A stretch of 64,000 nt of DNA from Fimbriosthenelais zetlandica. Its lineage: Eukaryota. Each line of letters begins with the position of its first letter. The first letter of the stretch is position 1. The translations under genes and the position numbers were made by a program. Where the stretch lies: the NCBI GenBank assembly GCA_977030845.1, contig OZ365114.1, positions 29,016,001-29,080,000 of the forward strand, written 5' to 3'. Below the pieces are notes generated by a model. The model saw only the letters and a program-made list of their open reading frames with translations. It was not told where the DNA came from and did not search any database. Below are positions 37,365 through 50,732 of this stretch, in pieces.

Positions 37365-38060
37365 CCCTTGTGAGCCTCACTTGGTAATATGTTCTTGTAA
37401 CAATCCTTCACAGCTTTGAGATTATTTGCCAATAATTCCTTAACACTGTAAATATTAATTATAAATTTTCAGTTTCATTCAGCATTTTTTCTTTGACTAA
37501 TTAATTTCTTTGACTAATTAAAAAGATTCCCCCTACACTCTCGATATTGTTTCAACCGTCGATGCTTTATCCATAATTTTGTTCCCAATTAACGAAAACC
37601 AATAATTTCACAGTTTCATAACACCCTCTAGAGCATCATTGTGTAATATACTTTATCACAATCCCTGAAAGCCTTGAGATTATTCACCAAAACATCTCCT
37701 ACACTGTCAATATGTTTCTATTTCTACAGCATTTTCATAACATTTTCCAGAATATTTATTAAACCGAATTAACAAATAAAATTTCAGAGATCCTTAAGCC
37801 CCTCTAGAGTCACACTTGATTAAAATGTCTTATAGCAGTCCCTGAAAGCATTGAGATTATTCACCAAATACGCTCATACACTGTCAATAATAATTATATT
37901 TTCACAGCTTTTTCCCGGTCTTTCCTTTAACAAAATTAACAAAACCAACCAAATCACAGGTCAGTCAGACCCTCTAGATCCTCACTTGGTAATATTTTCT
38001 TGTAACAATCCCTGAAAGCTTTGAGATTATTGATTAACGACTCTTCTACACTGTTTGTAT
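37365..38060. repeat. Four diverged ~170-260 bp repeat units in the ICE1 3' region; the last overlaps the ICE1 C-terminal codons
   Basis: ccctctagaNNctcacttgg...acaatccctgaaagcYttgagattatt...acactgt at ~37365, 37624, 37799, 37970. Confidence 0.8.
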
Positions 38061-41000
38061 TTTTACTGTCTTTTTTCCGCTGTTTTTCTCTGACCCAGTG
38101 ACAGGCTGCCCCGGTGACGGCGGGGGGGTTGAAGGGGGCGAGGCGTAGCAGGGCGTGGAGGGCCGTGGTTTGGATGTTGTCAGGGATGGTAGCCCCCGGT
38201 ACACCATACACCAGGTGACTCATGGTCTTAATGATGTCCTCAGCTGATGACGACTGAGACGCGGGGCAACGTGACATGACGTAACCTGACAGAAATAGAA
38301 AGATTATTATAACGTGACATGACGTAACCTGACAGAAATAGAAAGAGATTTATTATAATTATTAGAGACGAGGGAGAGAGAGAGAGAGAGAGAGAGACAG
38401 AGTGAGAGAGAGAGAGGGGGGGGGGGGAGTGAAATCAGACTAAGAGCGAGATAGAGGTACATGTTGTAATAGACAAGGAAAGTGAGAGGGGGTGAAAGTG
38501 AGGGATAGATAGATAGGGAAAGAGAGGGAGAGATAGGGAGCGAAAAGGAGAGAGATGGAGACAGAAAAAGCTAGAGGGAGAGAATCGAGAAAGTGAGAGT
38601 CCGGCAAATGAGTAAGCAAGAGAGTGAACGAATTAATAAAAATTAATATCTCAGCTATCTCTGAACAAGAAGGAAACACGGTGCTGGCGGTTGTATTTAC
38701 CTGTGACTCTGATGAGAGACTCTGCCATGCGCGTGGTGACTCCTGATTTAGGTCGTCCCATCTGCTCCATGCACCAGGCCTGTAGCTGGGGCCACATTAA
38801 CTCTATAGTGAGCACGTTATTAGTCCAACACCACTCCTCAGTCGATCCCAGCAAGATCAGCGACTGCTCCAACTCGTACACAAAATCTAATAGATAAAGC
38901 AGAAATATTATCGTTAGAGTTACATATTCGACTGAAAAATAAATAAAATCTTAGGAAGAAATAACTAAAATGTGACCATGAAAAATATAATTAAAAATTG
39001 TCTGCCCAACTTGGAGAAATGGGAATTCGTACATGGACTCAAACCATTTGTTTAAGTGATTAATAAATGTGAAATTAAGAATTTCTACCTCCGTTTGGTC
39101 TGGGTTTTGCTAGTTCTGTTTTCAGCAGCTGTAGTGTGTCTTTCACCATACAGGTGGCGCCCTTGTGTTCACCAGAGGGCGCCCATTGACACAGCGCCCT
39201 CAGACACGTGGCTAGTTTAGTCAGACGGACCTTCTCCCCACACACCCGCTTCATCACCACATACTCCATGGATTCTATCAGCTTCTGAGGTCCTAGAAAA
39301 TAATAAAAATATACAATAAAATATATAATAAAATCAATTCTTTCAAAGTAAATTTAAAGATAAGTGAAATAAAGAAGAAACTGCCCTAGTAGGGGTCACG
39401 GTTTAGTCGTTGTAACTTTGAGATTGTGGAAAAATATAAAATAATTTCTTCCAATACACACTAGAAAATTATAGATTTTACAAAGTCATTGTGCTTAATG
39501 AGCCTAATTCTCATAATGTTGTAATTAAAAATAATATGACAAAAAAGGAATAGGAAATCGTTGACCAACTTTAAAACCTTAATATTTGAAAATAGAATAA
39601 AGAAAAAATATTTGAAAATAGAAAAAATGGTGAATCTTTCACCTTGTGACAGGGTGCGGCAGAGCAGGCCCGGCCAGACGCAGGCCACGCCTAGTGTCAA
39701 CGTCACGAAGCCCGTCACCTGCGACTCTATGACGTCATACAGCAACACCCGCGTCTGGTTGAAGCCATCTGAAACAACAGTAACATTTCAAAAGTTAAAC
39801 TTCTACTGTAAAAATATACGAAGAAAATGGTACTTTTGAACAACAGTGCGGGTTTTGTTACATGCCTCTCACCACAAACAGCGGGAGACATGGCTGGTCT
39901 TTGATATCCCAGTTAGCAGCACTGGACTGGACAGCAAGGACAAATCAATGGAAAGTACTTGGGCAAATTTCAAGAACAAAATTGAGAGTGTAGTTTGTCA
40001 AATACAGAAAGAAAACTCACTTGTCTGTCTACATAACGCAGTGAAGATCCGACTGAAATGAAAAAAAAATAAAATTCATTAAAATGTGTTTCCTGCTCAA
40101 GATAATTTATAAATTAGAAGCTTTATATAGTAAATTAATGGATGTTTAAGAAGGAATTGAGTGGAAAATACTCACCATAAAGAAACACGGACTAGGATGG
40201 AAGTGAAACCTTTGTCAAGTATGATCTTAGACGCAGAGGACAAGAAAGCCTCCACGAGGCCAGTCTGAAAATGAGAGAGAAAAAGGTTATATCATAGCCA
40301 AACCACAGGATAACTTCATTATACCGACCAACTTTTGGGGGTTCAGGGAGTCATATACAATGCCTCAAGAGCATGAGATGCTCACTAAAGTTAAAACAGT
40401 AATGTTTCTTTTACATGTATGCCTCGCACCATATACAGTGAAAGACATGGCTGGTCTTTTACATGCTTGTCACAACAGACAGTGGTTAGCATATATATGT
40501 TATTCCAGTTAGCAGCACTGGGTGCAGAAGGACAATGAAACCCTTGAAGAAAGCTTGGGGATTTGAACTGTGGATCTCCAGAGTTCAAATGGAACACACT
40601 ACCACCTGACCCATGGTCCTTTTGTTGAGATTATTCTAGATATTTTAGAAAAAAAAGAGAAAAAACTTACAAATAGCGGAGTTTGGTCGAGGTGTAGTAG
40701 GAGGGTGAGGATGGCAAGCTCGTGGTCCGCGAGGAAGGGTTCCCAGGTGGCGTTATTGTTTAACTTACAACATTTAGTGTACAAGGATGATAGAAGATCC
40801 AACTCCTGAGACATACAGGCCTGGAAAAAATATAAAACTGATAAATAACATCATAATGGTATGTATTATACATGTTGGGTATGACTTTCTAAGAAATTTA
40901 AATCTGTTTTCATGGACATATGACTTCAATTCAATTCATACTTTTTTGCATCAATTTAATTGTTAGATGGGCACTTGCAGGTGTCGGAAGTGTATCAAAA

Positions 41001-44000
41001 TGTAACCTAAAACCGCAGTACCCACAAAGCCTATATTCCCAGTTCCCATTTGGGCGGATGCAGAAACTCATCGCTTATGTCTGCTCGCCAAATCATATTT
41101 GGTGTTAGTGAAACACATTGAAAAGATGAGAAAAAATTGGCGATTTGGTGTTCGGGAGTTCTTGTGGGTTCCACAAAATATTATGCTCTTTCTGTAAAGC
41201 CCGCATTGTGATATTGTACCTTGAGGATGGCGTCCACCACTGGTTTCTTGTAGCCACCTGGTGAGAAGCTGGCCACACGTTTAGCCAGCGTTCTGATGTC
41301 CACGTTCCTCTTCCTGATCAAAAACGTCATCTCCTTCTCTAACGACTTCTGAGAGATGGTCACTTCACGTGTCACTACCGCCCGGTGCACACTGGTCGAC
41401 TTACACTAGAAAATAATTAACCAATTTAAAAACAAATAAATTAACCAATTTAATTAAACAAATTAATCTACCAATTTTTTGAAAAAAATAAATCAAAAGT
41501 TTTAGAAATTGTTTGTTTTTCCTTTATAAAATCATTTGCCTACTTGCAATGTTCATTGGAAATAGTGGACTAACTCCATAAAACAGTTTTATATTTGATT
41601 TGATAAGACGTGAAAACCAACATGTTCTTCCTTGGAAAAACGCAAATGAACCTGTTGATAATTACGGACGGTTCTTTAGCAATAAAGATGAAATAATGCA
41701 TGTTATAGATTTAGAAATCTCATCAATAAGAAAGGATGTGATTTTTTTTCTCGTTTTCTCAAAATAAATATAATATACTTACCATAATTTTATTAGGGGC
41801 AGCAGCCTTATCAGCAGTTTTTCTCTTGGGCGGCCTTCCCCTCTTCCTAATGACGGGTGCTGGCGGCTCTTCTACCTTTTCTTCTTCCTCCTGAGCTCCA
41901 GAAACTACCGGAACTATTTGTTTGATCTCTTTTTCCCTTCCGGAACCATCCCCAAATATGGCAGCCTCAGGTTCAGGCTGGGACTTTTTCCTTGATGATT
42001 TGGCAGGGATGCCAGGGGTGGCCTTACCCTTGACAGTGACGGGTAGATTCCCTGCAAGTTTCACCATGTAGGCAGGAGTTGCACGATGTGCAATCCTCGC
42101 TTTAGGTTGATATATGGGTATATGTGGGGGGTCGGGGTCGGTTTCCATGGCAACCGACGGTCCAGCGTCGGTCTCTGAATCTTTAATTGTACTTAAATAC
42201 GGAGAATCAACATCAGTTTCATTTGAACGTAATTCGGGAGATTCAAGATTGCGGAAGTCTTCCATAGGGACCGGGGAGGGAGGGAGGGGGGAGATGGGGT
42301 TCTCGATGTCTTCTGTGTCAGAGAAAGTGAAAGACAAGGGTGACAAGGCTTCTGATTGGTCAGATGGAGGGAATGGAGAGATGCGTTCTGGTTTGTCTGT
42401 TGGTGAAAGCGGTAAAGGTGACATTGGGGAGTCTCTATCTCCTGTTCTGGAGTTTTGGTCGTTGCTGTGGCTTTCTGAATTCACTGAAGTAGGTGGCAGA
42501 GGTGACGTTGGAGATTCCAGAGTTTGGTCGTTACTTGGGGTTTCTGAACGCACAGATTCCCCAGTTTGGTCGTTACTTGGGGTTTCTGAACGCACTGAAG
42601 TCGGTGGCAGAGGTGACGTTGGAGATTCCAGAGTTTGGTCGTTACTTGGGGTTTCTGAATGCACTGAAGTAGGCGGCAGAGGTGACGTTGGGGATTCCGC
42701 AGTTGGGGAGTTACCTTGGTCGTTACTCGGGGTTTCTGAACGCACCGATGACTCTCCCTCAATCATGGAGACCTCCTCGTCCTGTGGGGTAGAGACGAGG
42801 GAGAGCTGCTGGGACTCGGGGGTATTGACTCGTGAATCACTCGTGCTCGTGGAATCAAAGGAGGACTGGATGGGTAGGAATGAAGGACGGAGGGAGGGCG
42901 TCTGGGTGGATCCGTAGTCGGAGCCGGAGATGGAGGGTAGACTACAGGTACTGTTCTCATCGTACTGACAGAGGACTGACAGGTTGCCCTGAGATGCTGA
43001 GTCATCATCGTTGCTTTTCTGGGTTGGTAGGAAGTCTAAATTTAGACCAGGTAGATCCAACACTGACATAGCTGCCCCCTCACCCACCCCACACAGACTG
43101 TCACTAACTTCAGACTCAGGAGGTTTTTCAGAGTTTTCTGTAATATTTTCAACATTTTCAGTGTTGTCACGTTCAGGAGCTTGTTTGAAATCAGTTTCTT
43201 GGTTTTCAGTTTCTTGATCATTGTCGGTGTTGGAGACTATGATTTTCGGCACGCACATTGGATCATTTTTGTCTTGGGTTGGCTTTGTGTCTGTAGGCCC
43301 TAGGCTAGCTTCTGTAGGCCTAGAATCTGTAGGCTCAACTTCTGTTGGCATTTGTACATGCTCAGATATACTCAAGTCTTCTGTAGGCTCTGTAGGCCCT
43401 GATTCTATTGGTGGCCCAGTATCCACAAGGTTAGCTTGTGTAGGCCCTGCTACATCAAGCTTAGCTTCTGTAGGCCCTGCTTCGTCAAGTGTAGCTTGTG
43501 TAGGCCTAGCTTGGTCAATCTTAAGTTCTGTAGGCGCAGTTTCTTCAAGCTTAGCTTCCTTAGGCCGAGCTTGGTCAATCTTAAGTTCTGTAGGCCCTGC
43601 TTTGACAAGCTTAGCTTGTGTAGGCCCAGACTCATCAAGCTTTGCTTCTGTAGGCCCAGGTGGTTCAACCTTAGTTTCTGTAGGCCCAGTCTGGTCCATA
43701 GCCATTTCAACTGGAGATTGTACAAGGTTATTTGCCTCGGGAGGGGAGGCTTTATTTGCCTCGGGAGTGGAGGCCTTATTTGACTCGGGAGGGGAGGCCT
43801 TATTTGCCTCGGGAGGGGAGGCCTTATTAGCCTCGGGAGGGGAGGCCTTATTAGCCTCGGGAGGGGAGGCCTTATTAGCCTCGGGAGGAGAGGCTTTATT
43901 AGCCTCGGGAGGGGAGGCTTTATTAGCCTCGGGAGGGGAGGCTTTATTTGCCTCGGGAGGGGAGGCATTATTTGCCTCGGGAGGGGAGGCTTTATTAGCC

Positions 44001-47000
44001 TCGGGAGGGGAGGCTTTATTAGCCTCGGGAGGGGAGGCCTTATTTGCCTCGGGAGGGGAGGCCTTACTTGCCTCGGGAGGGGAGGCCTTATTTGCTCCCA
44101 CAAATTTCGTCCTCATATTCGCCCCATGACTGGAGATTTCGCTGGACCTGTTGTTGCCTGAATCCACAGAGAATTGTCGCTTCAGTGTGGCTCTGTTTTT
44201 ATTAGTTCCATTATTACCTGATCCACTACCCTGACTCCCATCCTCACTGGGGGAAGGAGACACACTTAAACTTGACGCATCTTTGTCTAATTTTGTTTCA
44301 GGTTCAACTGTTTTTTGGACTTCAACGCTTTGATTAGGATCATCAGGTGGTTCTTGAGAATCATTTGGTGACTGCTTTTCAGAGTTTTCAACAGATGGTG
44401 TCTCATTTTGGGACATTTCGGGGGATGCACTTTTCTTATTCATTTTGGAATGTTTATCGTCTGAAAGTTCATTTTTAGCACCTTTTTCACCATTTTTGTC
44501 ACCCTTTTCAGCTTTTTCGTCAACTTTTCTATCTACATTGTCACTTCCTGGTGAGGTAAGATTTTGGTTTTCAGAATTCAACAGATGAATTTCTCCTACT
44601 CTTTCAGTTTGGATTTCTTTTAGAATGTCTTTACTACTTTCAGTGTCCATAATTTCATCCTCCTGTCTGTCTTTTTCTTCAGATTTTCCCTTTGAATAAT
44701 TGTCATTATTTTCTGAAGTTATATTTGAATTATTTGTGTTTTGTAAGTTAGGTCCCTCCATGGGTTCCCCATCGTCCGGGGAACCTACAGTGAATACCAT
44801 TGATTCTCTTCGACTATTTTTCTCATCGAATGTACCACTTATTGAATCAGAAGTGGCTCTGTCGGGGCAAGAATCGGGCAGTTCTTCTTCCACTGTCCGC
44901 AAAATAAAACCAGTGCTGGATGTTTTTGAGAGTGAACGGTGCTCGGGACTTTGGCGTAGATCCTCGGAGATGGGATCTGATTGTGGGACTGTGAGTTTAT
45001 CTTCTTGGACTGTGAGTTTATCATCTGGGACTATCAGTTTATCCTCTGTTTTGGGATCTGTCGGTGAGAGATCGTCGTGGGTAAGTGACTGGCTGTCACC
45101 TAGTATATGTAGGGGTGTTATCCCCTTCATTGCTGTCAACTGTTTACGACGTGTCAACTTGACGTTTTGAGCAACTGACGTTTTGTCTTTGACGTCACCT
45201 GAGATTGGTCTTTGGGTTTGAGCAACTTCAGGTTTGGTGGGTGAACTGGTTTTTGGTTTTGGGATTGTTTCGGTTTTGGCGGTTTTAGGAATGTTCATGG
45301 GACTGTTTTTAAAGGCATTTTGAAGGTCATGTAAAAATGAATTGATGGCCTGGTGCGATATGACAGGTTTATCATTATTATTGCTTGGTGATGTTAGCGG
45401 CTCATCCAACTTGGGACTTTTAGATTTAGGACCTTCTTCGTTCTTCTCCTCTACATCCACTTCATGTCTTCTCTTCTTGATACCTGACCTCCTGCCCCCT
45501 GAACCCCTGACCTCTGAACCCCTGACCTCTGAACCTTGACCTTTAGGACTCTCCACCCTGTCTGTCTGTCTGTCCGTTCTGTCGTTTGTCCCTGTCTGTG
45601 ACGGGTCTTGTAATATGACTGGTGGAGAATCGGTTTCAGATCCTTTTTGTGAACGCGTCACACGTTTAGGCTGATTTACACTGATTCCGGTTAAATCCAC
45701 CAAGTCATCTTTAGATCCGGCAGACTTCCTCCGACCTCTTCGTGGAGATACAGGAAGTGGCTCTTTGAACGGGCTGTGATTGAGACATTTTTCCTTGGCG
45801 GCGATTCTAGCAAGTCTGGGAGACTTGGGGGCGGGAGACTTGACGGGGGCGGGAGACTTGACAGGGGCGGGAGACTTGGCAGAGGCGGGAGACTTGGCAG
45901 AGTCGCTGTCGGAGCTGGAGTCTTGACTCATGGATCGGGTTCGTCGTCGCCCGGCCGGGACTTCAACTTCTGATTTGTTTTGATGTCGCGGAGAGCGACG
46001 GCGATGTGTGCGATCAGATTCTGATTCCGATCCCGATGAAGCAGAGAGCGCCTGATCGGACTGTAGACCGGCTTGGTGTGCATACAGGAAGGGCACTGAG
46101 TCTGTCTGCTCTGATTCTGGATCACTCAGACTCTCCTGGAGGGCCAGGACTCCTTCTGATGATAATCTAGATTGTACGAGTCTGGTAGATTTGCTCTCCT
46201 CCTCCCCTTCCCCCTCCTCCCCCTCAGCCTTTACCCTCACTCCCCCAGCACCTCGCCGACGTCCTCTCTTCCGTGGAGTTTTGATTTTTTTCTCGGTTGT
46301 GTTTTTTCCGAGGATTTCATTCTCTAAAACGCCGGCCAGGTCTATAATGGACGGGTCGTCAGATTCCGAATCATCCCCCTGAAAAAAATTAAAATAGTTT
46401 TAGTTTAAAAATTATAAGAAATTATACAGAATTACCCCAAAAATATGTTTAAAATATCTCATTATCAAACAGAAGGGACTAAATGAAAGACACTCAGAGT
46501 TAATTCAAGCTAATGTTTTACTTTTCTGTAAACGTACCGACGCTAAATAAAGTTTGAAATGAAATGAAATGAAATAGATATTATTCTTTTTAGATAGAAA
46601 CTACTGTGTAAAAACTGACTCACAAAAGATACGGACCAAATGTATTTTAATTAATTTATCAGAATTAGTTTAATTAGCAATAACTTACGTCCTGCACGGG
46701 TGGGGAGGCGGGAAGTGGAGAGAGCGCGTGCTGAATGGGTCTGAAGAAACAGAGATCCTCACTTTCTGAACATTCTTCCTCAAATAACTTCTCCAGCAAG
46801 AACTCTGAAAGAAAACAAAACCAAAATCAGAAACCGGAAACAAACTGTCAGCATGTAATGGGAGACATGGCTAGCCTTCAATGACCCAATGACCAGCAAT
46901 GGATCTCGGAGGACAATAGCTAATTTGGTCACATTGAATTTATATAATTTTACATAAAAATCCATATAAATTCCTCACCTCCTTCATCTGAGGAGACATC

Positions 47001-50000
47001 GTGTTTGATCTGCACCTGTTTTCTTTGATCATTTTGTATTTTTCGTCTCAAACCTCGTGTAGCTGACTGCAAAGCGTTGGTAAATAATCCTGAAAATATG
47101 AAGTAAAATCATAAGCACATGACTCAGTTTACAATGGGTTCACGTCTACTATGAAATATATTAGTTACAGAGTTCAGTTGGTTAGAGAACCAGTTCATTC
47201 ACAGTAGTATCACTGATCGGAAGGTCGGGAGTTCAATCCCGACAGCTGGCCAAGACATTTTCAATTTCACAGCCTTGGATATTTGGTATGACAGTTCAAG
47301 AACACACATAATTAATATATGTTATAGGGAAATGTATATGACACAAAAGACAATAGTGTAGCGAACCAAAATTTAAAACAATTTGCAGATTTTCAGGAAG
47401 GAAATTCCAATACTTGTTTCTCGGGTGTTTAGTTCTTTCTATATTTTAAATTTGAAAAAATAAAAAATAAAAGAGAGACAGGCAGAGAGACAGACAGAGA
47501 GACTCACCATTTCGCCTCAGTACCGTCTCGTAGTGCTGGGACTTCTCCTCCGCTTTGTCTTTGACTGTGATAATTTTAGACGTTAGCTTCTTTTGTTCAC
47601 TCAGGTCGATCTTCCTAGCTGCTAGGTCATCTAGAAAACAAAGAGAGAGACAATGGGTGAGTGAATGAGTGAGTGAGTGAGTGAGGGGGTGAGTGAGTGA
47701 GTGAGTGAGTGAGTGAGTGAGTGAGTGAGTGAGTGGACGAGCGAGTGAGAGGGCAGGAAGGATGGAGCAAGTGAGTGAATGAATGAATGAAGGAAGGAAA
47801 AAAGGAAGGAAGGAAGGAAGGAATGATTAAGGATAATTAATGAAATAATTAATTAATTAATTTCTATATCGTCAAATAAAGGATAAACTAGCATTTAATT
47901 TGAAGCCTTATCACTTATCAGCGACTTCTCAGTAAGACTTACAAAGTTCCAGTAAGGCCATAAGGTGCTGCCAAAATAAGTTGTGGAAAAGAAGTGAACT
48001 ATATAATCCTGGTACAAGAATATGGATGATGATAGAGTCGCTTTAAGTGGCTAGCGGTAAATATATGTGTTTAAAGGACTTCCTAGAGTCTCAGATCGTG
48101 ATAGAAGATACTGGGAGGTCGGTGAGACTGATCTCCAGATTTGATCTGTAAATGTCACTAGATGTAAAAACTACCTGCTGGTTTGGAACTAGAAAAGGCC
48201 ATCAGTGTAGTTTGTGGTTGTGTTGGGGGGAGATGGGAGGAAGGGAGATGGAATAGCAAAAGAGGAAAGATAGAGGAGAGAGGTGAGAGGAAGGAGGGAG
48301 TAGGGGGGGGAGCGGAGGGTTATTTTTAGATGCTATTTACATTTCAGAAGCATCAAAGAAAATAGATAATCTGTGATCTCTAGATCAGTACCATTTGATC
48401 TAACATTAAACATTTAAAATCTCTTCCGTTCTGAGCGAATTCTATGTATATACATATCGCTTTATCGCTTAAGATATTGGGCACACAGCCACATATCCAT
48501 GTACTTAAGTTTATTGTTTTTTCCGTCCTGAATCTTCAATGATAGCTAGATAAGGGGAGTGACTTAGCATTTTACGTAACTCCATCATCCACTATCAACC
48601 TGCTTCCAATAAGTAACAAATATTGTTTGGCCTACACCTAAAATTATATTCTTTAAAACATGGATTTTTAAAATGTTTGCTGCCAAATTTACAGCCAAAT
48701 ATTAGAAAAAGTACTGCCCAATATTCTGATATTTGATATTAAATATATCTTCAATATAAATTTATCTTTGATATCATGTACGGCATAATATTTTAGTACA
48801 TTTGACAACCTTTTATTGATTTGGTATGGATTTCTATTATATTATTATAATGTTTATATTTATTCAGATTCCATATTTTTCAGCTGGAATCATAAACTTT
48901 ATTTATCATACTGGGAACTTTAGGCCAGTAACATGCGTATAGATCTACATTAAACTAAGTGCATTAAGCATGGTGATAAAGTGCACTGTTTATACTTTGA
49001 CCAGCATAAGTAGGATCTGTACTAATATGCACCGTGTACAATATACACTATTGTATCAAAGTATGGCACTTTACCAATGATCCTACTTATAATATTGATC
49101 AGGGCCCACTCAGGGCTGTGACAAGGCAGAAATGTAAGTCTTTCTTTCTTTACCGGGTGTGTTAAATATCTTGCATTTTGCATTATATCATGACGGTGCC
49201 TACATGTGACAGTAAGCTCTATCCTCTTATATAGTTCTGCCTCACTGAGGTAGCATGCCAGTGGTGGCGTAGACATTATTTTAATGGTTTTTTTAACCAT
49301 GTTGGGGCCATGTTACGCATGTATTGAGGTAATACACGTTTCTCTGATGTTCTGGTCCAATAAATTTGCCTGGTTTTTTTACATACTAGGTTATAGGTGG
49401 ATCTATCGAGTGTGAAGTACTCTCACTCACACAAACATACCGTAAAGTGGGGCCCCCACTATCACGGTAGACCACTATGTTAGTACGGAAGTCATGTGTG
49501 TGTTAAGGTAGGTTTTGCGATAGAAAGAACACCTACAATTCAGCCAAAATTTGCTTCTACACCTTGTCAAATCTGACTATATTTGAACAAACTTAATTAA
49601 ATTGTATTTTGATAAACTGTAGGCGTTTTCTCTATTTTAAAACCTATGTTAACTGTCATCTTAGCTGCCTATCGTATTAGTTCATGGTACTGCTATTAAG
49701 AATGCTCTGTGGGCCTATATTCATAGATTTATTGATTATTGATGAGCTGTATAAATATGTTGAATAAATAAGAAATAGTTGGTGCACCCTTTAAGCAAGG
49801 TCTCCACTACTGCGATTTTGCTTGCGACACTACTGCGACTAGGGTGATGCTTGTGTAGGAATAAAAATTATAAATTGTGGTTCAAGTGTCCAAGGCCTTA
49901 AGGCCGTCCTCCACTGGTACATTTCTCATTGGAGCACAAGCATCACCTTTGTCGCAGAGGTGTGGCAAGCAAAATCGCAGCAGTGGAGACCTGGCTTTAA

Positions 50001-50686
50001 CAGTTGAATAAGTTCATACCAGGCTTGTATATGGATCATTACAGTAACTTTAACTGAGGCCCAGCTTGCAGACAAGTCAATACGGTAGGCATTTAATTCA
50101 GACCAGACTTGTACACAAGTGATTACGGTACATAAATTCACACATATCTCTCGAGTACTGAAGTCAAAAGGCAGGGAGAGGCGGAGGAGTAGCAGTAACT
50201 TTGTACTACAATCTAGACCCCAGGATTCAACTCAGAGTCGGCTAAATATACACTGAACATACTCTGAATATACACGTAAATATACTCGTAAATATACTCG
50301 GGTATACTAGGGCCCACATGGGCTGGACGGTTCTAAAAGCAAGTGTTTTTTTATGTGCTATCTAAGATTGGAGGGAGGAATACGCAGCCTGGAAATGGAA
50401 GAGTAAGTATATTGAAATGAGAGACGCGAGAGACGAGAGAGAGACGAGAGAGACGAGAGAGAGATACTGAGGGAGAAGAGAGAGAGGAGATGAGGGAGTT
50501 AGAGGAAAGAGGAGGGAGAGAAGTGGAGGTGAGGAAGAGAGGGAGAGGTGAGGAGAGAGAATGAGGAAGAAAGAGATGAGAATAACATTATAATATGAGT
50601 GTGTGTAAGGTAGTGGCATACTGACACAGTAAAGTACAGGTAAGACAAGGTCTACAGGTGAGAAAAAAATATACATACACCTCATG

Positions 50687-50732
<46 letters not shown>

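Noticed and set aside
42114-44129. Long + strand ORFs (267 aa, 302 aa) and alternative-frame ORFs (217 aa)
   Set aside because: Antisense or frameshifted shadows of the repeat-rich ICE1 exon.
47170-47250. Functional tRNA gene
   Set aside because: Good T-arm and A box, but no 7-bp acceptor stem or proper anticodon arm; better explained as a SINE head.
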